NCBI GenBank assembly: GCA_964304625.1
Contig: OZ199839.1
Coordinates: 6,277,200-6,341,199, forward strand
Reading direction: 5' to 3'
Origin: Kudoa neothunni
Taxonomy: Eukaryota > Animalia > Cnidaria
DNA: 64,000 nucleotides
Below the pieces are notes generated by a model. The model was not told where the DNA came from, searched no databases, and saw nothing but the letters and a program-made list of their open reading frames with translations. This document shows positions 27,415 through 39,674 of the stretch, piece after piece (position 1 is the stretch's first letter; every line of letters starts with the position of its first letter). A program made the translations under genes and the position numbers.

Positions 27415-30400
27415 ATGATTGTAACATCGTTAAAATGGAGATTTGTTACAACATTATATTTGTTTATTTTTTCAGGTAGTCATTTCAATTAAGTCATATT
27501 TTGAATATTTATTAGCAATAATGAGTAAATTTATCTCTACACAAGACATTGATAATAATATAATGAACTTAAGTTTTTCATCGGATATAAATAAATACGT
27601 TGTTTCTCTTTCTGGTTATCACCTTCAAAATAGCAAAAGAAAGTGTGCACTACAATATTATGATAATAAGGCTTCGTCATTAAAAGTTATTCCAACGTGC
27701 GCTACGGACATTACGAAGGCAACGGATGATTCCGCCTCAAATAAATGCATCTATGATTGTAAAAAAGTGGAATTGAAATTCAGTTGGGATCAAATTAAGG
27801 AAATGAAATATCTAAGATGGTGTCAAGGAAAAGATGAGGATGAAGTCAGAAATTGTAACTTAAAGAAAGTTTATAAAATAAAAGGTAATTTAATTACAAA
27901 TGAAATTTAGTGATAACTTTATGATAGATATATATGTTAAATCATCATTAAGGGTTGATAAAACAACCGACCAATTTACTATTTACATTAAAACTAAAAT
28001 TGATAAGGGATTCAACCTCAAATGTGACTCTAATAATGAAGTTACTCATAATGCAAGTAACAATTTTTACAAAGAACAATCAATTCAACTAAAAACTAAA
28101 TCATACCAACCAAAATATGCTGTTGAATTCAATGACAAATCTCCCGAAATATTTCTGAATCCCAAAAAACCTATTGAAGATTGGTTTATTGCGTCTGGAT
28201 CAAAATCAGAAGCTGATAATAAGCGCTATTTCACAATAAGACTCCAAAATCCCGAACCGTCCAAGTTATGTTATTTTGGAATAAAAGATATTAACGATTT
28301 GCGGTTTTCATCTTATTGCTCTATAAGGAATAAAGCTGGTCCGTGCCTTCAACCCTGTTACAAGGCGACATTATTCTATGACTCTGATTTGAATTTTGCC
28401 CAAGTTCTTGTAAAATCAGTTGGAAAGTCAAATTCAAAGGAATTTATTCAAACTGTTTTATGTATTCCTTAATTGTCTTACAAATTTTAAAAAATTTTGT
28501 AGTTCGTAATAATCAACCCACTGACGTTCTTTCGAATAAACAAAATAATCGAATTACAGTTAATCTTTCAGAATTAAATAAAAATGAAGATGCTGATAGT
28601 GCAGTAGGTGCAGCAAAAATCACAGATGTAAAATTAATAAGGAAGTTTATGGGGACTGATAGTTTTGGAGATAACGTAACATGTGAAAATGATTGTACTT
28701 CATTCGTTTCAACAACTATAACAGGACTTGAACCGTTAACTGAATACATTTTAAAGTTAAAAATCACGGGACTAAAAGCATTAGATTCACCCGAAGTGAA
28801 ACATTATCACCATTACTTTTATTTCAAAACTAAAGGTAAAACGATTTTTAAAAATATATCTAAATGTTGAATAGGAATTGAGTTTAGCAATGGTAAGCAA
28901 ATAACACCATCGGTCGGCGTTGGAAACACAAAATTGACGTTAACTCCAACTAATCTTTTCACTGCTGGATCTAATAATAATAACAACGCAGAATGTGAAC
29001 TGTATTATTCTGTGGAAAATGAGAAATCCAAGCTACCTGCTACTTGTGAAAAAGATTCAAAAAAATTATTTTGCTCAGACATCTGTACTAGTGAATTCAC
29101 AATTATAAATCTTGATCCTATTACACACTACAAAATAACTATCTGCTCCAAAGGTTACACATGTGCCGAGAGTGACTCCGTATCGAGTAATTTTGGTAAG
29201 TTAAATGTTATTTAATTTAAATAGCAAATGGAAAAACTGTTACTATAAATAAATCAGACGATACTGCAGCAAAAAAGATCATTGCTACAATGTCTGAGAC
29301 TCCTAATGGAAATACTGAGAATTCCTGGCGTTATACTTTATTGGAAAAAGATTCCAATAAAATTATAGTGGATTGTCTGAATACCGATTGTACTCTTGAA
29401 ACGCAAACAGATTCAGGATCAACGAAATTAGAAATTCCATGGTCTACTGTTGACCCAGAAGTTGCATACGAACTAGTTATAATAATTATAGATCAATCAA
29501 AACCAGTGAAATCAGAAATAACAAGTTGTTAAATGAATTAATCACCATTAAATATATAAATTTAGGGGACGCTGAAAAAGGGACGGGTGATATGATTCTA
29601 ACATACGATAAAACGCAAAGAAATTATAAGGTGAAATTTACAGGTGATTTATTGTCGAAAAGCGGTAAGACATGTAAAATTAAAATATCTGACAATGCGT
29701 TATCTGCATACGTCAATGCTGGTGACAGTAGTTCAGCAATCGAAAAAGATTGCGATCAACTTGTAACAGATGTTACTATTAATCGTAGTAGTGGAAACAA
29801 GCTGGCATATATTTCAGTTACGTATTCGGACACGAAACCTTCATCTGCTAAATCAACTATTGATTTATCAATTTTATCTAAAGCAACTATTGGAAAAATG
29901 TTAAATGGTGATTACATAAATGAGGACAAGAATTATCTTTCTAAATCTTCAGTAGAAAGAAAAGAAGGTGCAGTCCCTGATAGCACCGTGGGACCAGAAC
30001 AAACTGGTCTCTTGGAAGATACAAAAAAAGCTGGAGAAGGAACGGAACGAGATGAGCTTAAAAAGACTGTTCCAGACTCAGCACTAACGAAAAAACCCGC
30101 TTCACCCCCAAAACCGATCCCCTTCACTGCAGGAAAGGTCTTTTCGTACTACATAGGTAATCTGCTTTGATGATGTAATATAATGTTGTTAAGATTTTTA
30201 CAATGAATTAACGCATATGGCTGAATTACAGCAAGATAAAATTAAATTTAGTGTCAATAAGTGTTCTTTAAATTGTAATGGATATAAGGATGAAGTGAAG
30301 GAAAGTTCCTTCCATGGAACTACATCTGAGAATCCCGGTAACATTGAAAGTTACTCAATAAAGTTTGACGAACTAGTTGAAGACTATTACATAAGTTGCC

Positions 30401-33400
30401 CAAAATATTTTGACTTTCATTACTTCTATGACAACACATTTGTAAAAAACAATGCACCATTCTTCAATAGATTTTATTATGAATTGGCTTACAGTGATCC
30501 AGTTAATAAGTTAACGATAAAATTAGTTAACGAAGAGCCTTCTGAAATATGTTCTTTTGAATGGATTGACGCGACTGCATCATCTACTAATAGATTTTTC
30601 TCAAACACCTGCGATAATAATGCAAACTGCCTTTTTAGTTTGTGTAGTAACGTTACATTTGGAGATATTCCAACGGGTGTAAAGGCAGTAAAAATACGCG
30701 TTCTCAAATTAGGGATGGAACCTATCGTTGGCTATCAAAATAACATTTATATACGTAATCGTTAAAATAATGTATTATATAAATATATATTCTAGTGAAA
30801 CATGGCAATGATACGTCCGTGACTACATCTGATGACAGTAAAATCAAAGTAAATATGAGCGATAAAAATAAAGACGAAGATGGTCAAGCTGTCAACAGCG
30901 CATCTACTGTAGCATGTGAATTAAAAATCTGGAATGTATACGCTCCGTTGGTTAAGGAAACTGGGAGAAAAGCTGCTAATCCATCTACTACTTGCATTTT
31001 TGGAGAAATGAGTATTACACCAAATCCTAATGATTTGCCAAATGATATTATGATAACAATAGCAAATATACCAAATTATTCTCCTAGAAAATACTTTTAT
31101 CATAAAACTGGTATTTTATGTAATTTTAGGTAAGCTATTTTACTTGTATAGGACAAACAAATGCTCTTTCTGGTGGGTCAATATCGGCTACGCCAGCAGC
31201 AAGTGGATTCACATTTACTCCAAGTTCTACAGATATAAAAAGCACATGTTCAATTTACGTGCGAGAACATGATAAATTATATTATTATCCAGCTATATGC
31301 ACAGAAAATGTATTGTGTATAAAAAAGTGTAATTTGCCGTTTACTATCATTGGATTGTATTCTGGCGCCACCTATGATATTATGATTGTACCTAGTGGTA
31401 ACTATAAGTTTCATATTTTAGAAGGCCAGAAAACAAGTAACAATATTCCGATTATGGTTTCATGGATAATTATAATTAGCTGGTAAAACAATTGAATTCC
31501 AAATTTCATCTGAGTCAACAGGTAAAAATCTAAAAATAATACCGACAGAAAATATCGAGAATGATTCAAGTGTTGACTGTTATTATCAGTTTTATATGCA
31601 TAAAGAAGGGAACAGTAATAATAAAAGTAAATAATCTTTTAATTTGTTTTTTAGCCTCACCAACGAAGATACAAAAGTCTTGCGTTGAATGTGAAATTTC
31701 AACTAGTAATCAAAAAAAATGCAATGATATTCAGTTTGGTTCAGGCATATATAGTAATAAACATAATTACAGATTAATGATATATGTAAATGACCAATCA
31801 CCACCATTTAAATTAGAAATTCCGGGTAAACAAAATATAAGTAATTTTTGTAACATTATGACTAGCCTTTTCCCGCCGAGGAAAACTACAACAAAAATTT
31901 GAACAAACAGTTAACAACGATATTGGGAAATTCTACGTTTCATTATCAGAATATCCAGATGGAAATAAATGTGCCCTAAAACTATCCAATTTTGAAGATG
32001 TCCCTAATTTTGTGAAACCACTTTGTACCTCGAATACTGACAATAACTTATGCATAACTGATTGCACGTCTCAAAATGTTGAAATTGGATATATTAATGC
32101 CAATATCGATCGTTATCTATCAGTATGTTACGGTAAAGATGACAACGATGCGAAATCCTGTAAAAAAATTAGAGTTTTTCCAATAAAAATGGGTAATTAT
32201 AATAAATACTATTTTAATAATGCCGTTATACTGGCATATTATAATTCAATGTTTTTAGATTATAATCAAAAGCATACTTATTCTATCGGTCACATTGATG
32301 GTAAAGTTCGTTTTTCCTACAAAACAAACTCAAAAACCAAATGGACGGTGTATGCTGACGGAGAAAAAGACTTATCTAGTGATGCAGAAAAAAAGAAATT
32401 AGATGAAGATAGTTTCTCTGATACAATAACAGATAAGTCTGCAAATTTCTTAGTTGACAGATACATGGGTTATTATAATATTAACTCAACACTTTTGTGG
32501 CCAGGAATTTATTATTTTACGAATACTACCCTATTTAATGACACTATTCCCCTAAAATCAGAGATTATATATTCCATTTCAGCCGTTGAAAATAACATTA
32601 ATAACTTGAAAATTCGATTTTCTCCTGGTCCCTATAATGACGAAATGTGCCAAATTAGTATATTTGAAGTGGATTCTGCTGGTACAGATCATATGAGAAA
32701 AGTTTTGAACGTCTGTGAAAATAAAGAGAATGGTTGCTATCAACTTTGTCGAGATTCTGTTATTAACTTCACAGGAAACCATCAAAATGTTGGTGTAATT
32801 GTGAAAAGAAGATTTGATTCGGCTGGTCTCAAACAATACTTTAGAAGTAATTGAAATCCAACATTATTAATAAAATTTTTTAGGAAACGATATTGGCTTT
32901 AATCTCACTGACATAACGAGTAATAGTGTCAAACTTATTGGGCTTCAAAATTACAATAATATAAAAAAAGAAAATAATCCCCAATGCACAATTAAAATAT
33001 CTAGAGCAAATACTATATCTACTGAAACCATGGCTCAATGTAGTGGTAATGAATGTAACAAAGACTGTGCCCAGTCATATTTGATTACTGGCCTCTCGGC
33101 TGGTACAAGTTATATAATTACAGTAACAGTTACAAACCTTGGTGTGAATAATGATTATATCAAAAAAGTTTTCTTTAGAACAAGTAAATGTAGCTTGTGA
33201 TCATATTATTAATTGTATTTAGTTGATGGAGAACAGCTAACAGAATCAAATTCTCCAAACGCTATCATTGCAAGCACTGCTACTATTATACCTTTTCAAG
33301 CAGACAATTCGTTCTCATTGTGCAGAATTTATCTACAGAAAAAGGATGATTCAAATGCAAAATTTATGGCTTCGTGTGAAGGAATAGGAACCTGTGAAAA

Positions 33401-34410
33401 TAAATGTGACAATCCATTCAAAATTGTTAACCTTGAATTGGGAGTAACATATGATGTTACTGTGGAGCCATCTGATGGCAAAGGCCTAAGAACCTTCGAT
33501 ATTACTACTAGTAATAGATTTTTGATTGTATTATTATAAAATAAGTAATAGCTAACGTGGATACTTCGGTTACTTACACATCTTATGGAGATTATGGTAT
33601 AGCAATTAATGTATCGTTTACTGACAAAAAGAAAACTTCAAAATGCCCGTTTATGTTGCACGAAAAAACAGATGTTGGCAAACCAGAACCAATCATTTTT
33701 TGGTGTAATGATGACGAAGAAGAATGTTCATCCAACAGTTGTAATATTGGTATCTACGGATTATCCAGGGAAAAAGATTATAGGTTGAGTGTGAAAGTGA
33801 AGGATTTATCGAAATATAAAATTCACGAGATTCCATGTAATTTTGAAATTAATATCTAACTTATTGTTTTTGGTTAACTAATAATATGATGTACTGAAAG
33901 ACTCAAAAATATCCAAACATTCAGGGTAAAAAATATTTCTAAATTATTTTAATATATGGTTTAGTAAATTTTTATGGATTATTTTTAAACTAACATACTA
34001 GCAGAAGAGCAAAATATAAGAAGTGAATATACAAACATTGACGTAGGTAATATTTTTCAAAAAAAAATTATAAAAATTGCACAAGGGTACATTGCATACT
34101 TTCGAACTTTTCTAATATATTTTTAGTAAATTATGATAATAAGCTGTTTTAAAAAATCTGTAGATAGTGAAAGAAAGCACGAATATGAGGCCGCCAAGAA
34201 CAGTCATTCGTATTTTAAATAATATTTAATTTTTTAAATTAAATTAATTTAGGTCTGTTGGAAAATATATGTAATGATAATTTTGTGTAATCTTTTGGAA
34301 TAATTCTTTCTAGCTGTTACGCAATGATACCAATCGTAGGAGCATTGCTAGTAGTGATAGGTTTGGTCATGTTCCGAAGGAAACCCCAAGACGTTGCTTA
34401 CGATTTATAA
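27415..34410 (+). CDS. Paralog B: large Cys-rich FN3-like type I membrane protein
   Basis: Spliced start MIVTSLKWRFVTTLYLFIFSAIMSKFIS. Nearly exon-for-exon collinear with A. Ends CYAMIPIVGALLVVIGLVMFRRKPQDVAYDL*. No disabling lesion noticed. Confidence 0.85.
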
Positions 34411-34742
34411 GCATAATATTTAGTATAACAATTATCTATTATTAGAATAAGTATTATTTTCATTAACGATAAAATAGGTATTTCGTGTTCTTTTGAAATG
34501 ATCAGAAATTAATTCTATCAATTACATATAAACCCATAAGAATTGTAAAAACTAAAAATATGACTCTACTTTTAAAACAGATATTCGTTTATGCACGACA
34601 GCGAAAGAAGACACTATTTGAAATAAGAGAGCAGAATTAAAGAATCAACAAATATTTAATTCTGTTATTGTAAACATACTTATTTGTTAATCCTTACAGT
34701 TTTTAAGTTTTATTTTAACCAATTTGTCGTTTTTAATATTAA

Positions 34743-35902
34743 CTTTCGGGAAGTGCCCAGCGTTGCTTGGGGGAGATTTCGTCTAAACACGTTTTTTAAA
34801 TGCATTCAAAAATATGTTGAAATTCCGAATTAACCCATAGAAATAAAATAACTAAAAAGTTTTAAGCTATATACATTAACGACTTGGATAATGAAATTTA
34901 AATTATGACCATTTCTTTGAGGGAGTGTTCCAATCCCTGCGTTTTAAAAAATTTCGTGGTTCGACATCAACGCTAAATAATTTAAGGGCTGAATAGTATT
35001 TTTTCCATTTCCGAATTATTTAAATCCTGTTAGAATGTTATTTAAAGCGTTATTTTTTGGCTCGGGGGATTTTTAAATGTCGAATTTTGCCCCGGCTCGG
35101 AAAATGTGTGCATCGCTAAATTTTTAAGAGATAATAAAATAGAAAACGTATAAAAATTAATTGATACTGCTAAAATTAGCATTGCTTGGCCCGGCATAAA
35201 CATTAGTGCACTTTTACAAAAAAAACAGCTAAAAATCATTTCAATATCAACATAAATAATTTATATAATTAGATGAAGTAAAAGTACAACCATCTGCATT
35301 GAATCTAATCAATGAAAGTTTCAAATAGCGGACGATTTCAATGAAATCTACGGACATGATGCTTGTATAATAAAGCTTCAATCTACCTGATTATAGAATT
35401 CCTTACCAGATCGCCATTAATAATGCATATATAGACTTTTTCTCATATTTCAAATCATTAATAGAACATTCACAATATGTTTATCAAGTCCAATACGTTA
35501 AAACTCCACAAATAAGGAGTGTATTTACATAAACATCCATATAGAAATGCCAAACTTATATATATATATATATACAGATAGATAGCAGCAGTTAATAAAC
35601 ATTTTATTGGGTATATAATGGGGAAAATTAACTTCAACCAACCCTCAGCAGGTTATAAGCAGGTGTTAATCTTATTGTTTAAACTCAAGTAATCCAATTA
35701 ACAAACTTTGAATCGAAAAAATCACCATTTGCAAAACATTTTAGTGAACATTTGGTAGTGCAAAAACGATTTAAATATTTTATGAAACATTTTGATTTTT
35801 AAAAAATTGCAAATATGTCTCTATAAGGAATAAATTTTGACGCATATGCGTACTTGCTGGCACGCACACACACGGACATTTCAGTTTTATATGTATAGTA
35901 GA
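34743..35902 (-). mobile_element. Non-autonomous Helitron, family 1
   Basis: Minus strand starts TCtactatacatataaaactgaaatgtccgtgtgtg; 3' hairpin cccaagcaacgctggg with a decayed terminus. Confidence 0.82.
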
Positions 35903-36706
35903 CTAGCGCAAAAACCCCGCTTCGGTTGAGTTTCCTTTCCCGACCACCCTGATAAAAGCCGTGAGCAGGCGAAGGTCATTTTAAGTTCAAAGTTAATTAT
36001 AATTATCTTATCGATCTTTCTATAACAGTCATGATCGAAATAAACAGCAATGACCCGATCATCCTCACTTTTTTCGTTATTGGACTTTATTTTCATTTAG
36101 AAATCATAAGTTCTTACAAATCATGAGGCGTATTAATCGTTTTACCCAACCCGTCGATGAACTAACTAATCTAAAAGTTTGTTAACAATGTTTTACTTAA
36201 TCAAAACGTTCTAACATAATTTTATATTCATTTAAAAAAAATATAAAAATTTTTAACTTTAACTAAACATGCAAAGTAAATAATATATTCAAGCGTATTA
36301 ATTTATTAATTTCCCGTTTAAGCAACAAATCTTTGTTTGCACCGAAACCCCGCCTATGCACGAACAAATGTTGTAATTCGTCTTAAATACGTTCAAAAGT
36401 AGAAAAGAGTAAACTTTCAAAGTTTCAGTTGTATATAAATACAGAAAATTAGAGTTATCTACGAATATCATTGAACATTGTAGCGAATCATGTGCAGTGG
36501 TAATCTCATTGTATCAGCGCTAATCTGTTTGAATAAAGTTTACACTACAAATTAACCGCTTTATTAGAAAGTAGACAATCCCGTCGTATTTTTGTAGTTA
36601 ATTTTGTATTTTTTAAAGTATATCACGAAAATCAAATAGTCTAAAAAGTCTCTGTATAAGAATATAATTTACACACACACGGACACTACTACTTTATATA
36701 TTAGGA
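35903..36706 (-). mobile_element. Non-autonomous Helitron, family 2 (804 bp)
   Basis: Minus strand A|TCctaatatataaag...gtccgtgtgtgtg through hairpin ccgaagcgg to gcgCTAG|T; abuts the 5' TC of the family-1 copy. Confidence 0.8.
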
Positions 36707-36739
36707 TATATTAGGATAGATAGATAGATATAGATATAG

Positions 36740-38518
36740 ATAATGACCTAGAGGAAGGAAAACCTATTGAAACATTGGACACAACAAACGTATTGAGCTC
36801 ATTTTCGCACTTTATAAGAGAAGAGATGCTCGAAGAAATTTTATCGTTCACAAACCGTAAAGGTCTTGAAAAATATAATGATCCGTAGAAACTCCTAGAT
36901 TGCATCGGATTAAAAGCTTTCTTAGGATTGCTGTTATTGGCTGGTGCCTATAAATCAAACCTAGAGTGTACAATGATTCTGTGGCATGAAATTCAAGGAA
37001 GATCATTATTTCGCGCCATTATAAGTGAAATAAGATTTCAAAAAATCTTAAACTTCTTGCGCTTTGATGAACATTGGAAGCGTAAAAACTTCCCAAATTC
37101 AGTTGATAAATTTTCCCCCGCCAGGGAACTGTTTGGAAATTTTTCGGAAATCTGTAAGAATAGTTATATCCCTGGACCTAATTTGACCGTAGATAAACAA
37201 CTATATCCGTTCCGAGGGAGTGTATCATTTCTTGTGTACATACTAAAAAAACCATCCAAATATGGGCTAAAATTTTGGATCGTATGTGATAGTCAAACGC
37301 GTTACGTATCCAACTTTTTGCCTTACTTGGGTAAAATTGATGAATGCCGTGAAACAAATCTATGTTTTAAAGTTGTCATTGATTTGACTCAACATTTGTT
37401 GAAATCGGGAAAAACTATTACATGCAATAATTATTTCACTTCCTGGAAGCTAGCTCAATATTTATGATAAAGAAAAACGTCCATTCTTGTCACGGTACAC
37501 CAATGTCGAACATTTATTCCAACCAAATAACTCTCGGAAGATATTTTCATCCTAATTTCTTATGTACCGACGAAAAACAAGGCTGTAATAATTCTTTCTT
37601 CAGAGTACCATCGTAAACCAAAAGCAATTTTAGATTATAATGTAAAGGAGTGTGATGTTGACACTTTGGATCAATGTATTTCCATGTATACATGGAAAAG
37701 AAAATGTTGACATTGGCAGTTCGCAGTATTTTGCAAATACTTGATATAACTGCGTGCAATGCATTTGTTGTATTTATTCATGGCAATCCCCATTATTGGG
37801 ACACAAACAAGTCAAATCGTCGCCAACGATTTCTCGCGGATTTGTCCATGTCATTAATTAAGCCCGAGCAAGAATGGAGATATAAAATTGCATTTGTTTC
37901 TAACCAGCCTGCTGTTAAAAGAATAATGGAAATAGTTTGTTTCGAATTTAACAAAGAAAGTGATCCTCCAGTGGAAAACCAAGAAAATAATCAAAGAAAG
38001 CGATGCCGTTTGTGTCCTATTATCAGTATTGCACGTAGAAGCAAGCAAATCTGTCACTTATGTGATCGAAATGTTTGTAATGAGCATTCAAAGAAAAAAA
38101 TTATTTGTTTAAATTGTGACTCACAACGAAATTAATTTAAACATATTTTTTGCCTATGGTTTTTTTATTGAACGCAATGTGACGTTTATAACGATTGGAA
38201 CATATAGTAGAAATGAATTTAAAATAAAGGATTTCTATTTTGGTTAACAACCATAATAGGAATGTTGATTAAAATACAAATAAATTAAAGCTGACACTGA
38301 ATAAATACATTTTAATAATAGGAAACAATATAATAATTTTTTTGTTATGCGTAATAATATAGTTTATCTTATTACCTTAACTGTTCTATTTTTATTTATA
38401 TATCGTATATAATGTGACCTGCCAATAGCAGAAGAGTTAATTTAAGATTAAATTATAATAATGCATTTGACCTAAGTTAATTCTTGGGCTCCTGGAACCC
38501 AGGGTTAGTGTTTAAGGG
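36740..38518 (+). mobile_element. 5'-truncated piggyBac transposon
   Basis: FLRFD, NLTVDKQLYPFRG, KPSKYGLKFW, TCNNYFTS and C-terminal CRLC...CHLCDRNVCNEH; right end AGGG|TTAA at 38515-38522. Confidence 0.9.
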
Positions 38519-39674
38519 TTAATTCCTAACGTCTAAAACACATGTAGCCGATAAATCCTAATTTAATCTTATGACGTCATGGTAATCCCACTATAGGAAA
38601 AAGGAAAACCTACGATTAGAGCATTTCTTTAAGGTTTAATATATATTAATTGTGATAATATGTCGTTGTATATTGTTATCTTTTAATAATTTTAATACGA
38701 AGTTAAACCATTAAGTATGGGGATATATGGAGAAAATGTGTTCAATTATACAAACATTTTTTCTAGGATAAATTCTTATATTTTTCCAAAGCTTGAAATT
38801 ATTTAGTATACAAATATATTTTCAGAGATTAAACGAATTTTGTACGGAAATTTTTGAGGTTTTCATTTTTAAAAATAAGAGATTTTCAAGTGGCTATTGG
38901 TACGGTAAATGGTATTCAGGTGACACTAGTTTGGACTATAAATCTATAGCCAACTTGTAAGTTGAAGTTGCTGAGATTAAAAATTCTCATTACGCAAGCG
39001 GACATGCCGTTTAAGATTAAATTGTACTGCTGCCAATAGCCTCCGCCAGAAGATTTATCTAAAATGGGGTCACGAAAGTCCCCGCATGGTCCATGGAGGG
39101 TTAAACAAGAAAATTTTGTTCCCAAATAATTTTCATTATTAAAATAGAGGAAGTTTGCCACAATAAATTTAAAATTATTTACAGTAAAATAGAGCGAATA
39201 TTAAAATAATTAAATGAAGATGTAAAGTTTAATGGGAAGATAAATAAAAAACGGCTCTAAAGAACCCTAAGTTTGTTGGAGGTTAAAAGTATAATTGTTT
39301 AATTAATGTGATTACTCACCTCCATTATATTAATTTCCCATGTATTTTATGCATTCTAGAACTACACGTAACATTTCCTTTTCTATATAAATCTGAAAAC
39401 ATCCACGGAGAAATTTGACGTAATCTGTATAAATAATGTAATTGATTTGATGTATATGCTCATACTGTTACTTTTAAAGAATTCTCATTACGTTAAAAAA
39501 TATTGATTACACAATTTTTCTGTTGTCTAAAATTCTATCTATTTTTGATTGTTATATTTAAAATAAATATGCGTGAATAAACACGGAAATTTTATAATTC
39601 CAATTAATTCGTAAAATGGGGTAAATATGTTATGATAAACTATGTTATTCATCAAAATGAAGCTTTTTAATAAT

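Noticed and set aside
35887-36096. Duplicated small ORF MKIKSNNEKSEDD... (also 61703-61912)
   Set aside because: Lies inside non-coding Helitron-2; the conservation only reflects the recent duplication.
39310-39430. Minus-strand exon-like piece (EMLRVVLECIKYMGN) faintly like formin FH2
   Set aside because: Too short, followed by stops, and no supporting exons.
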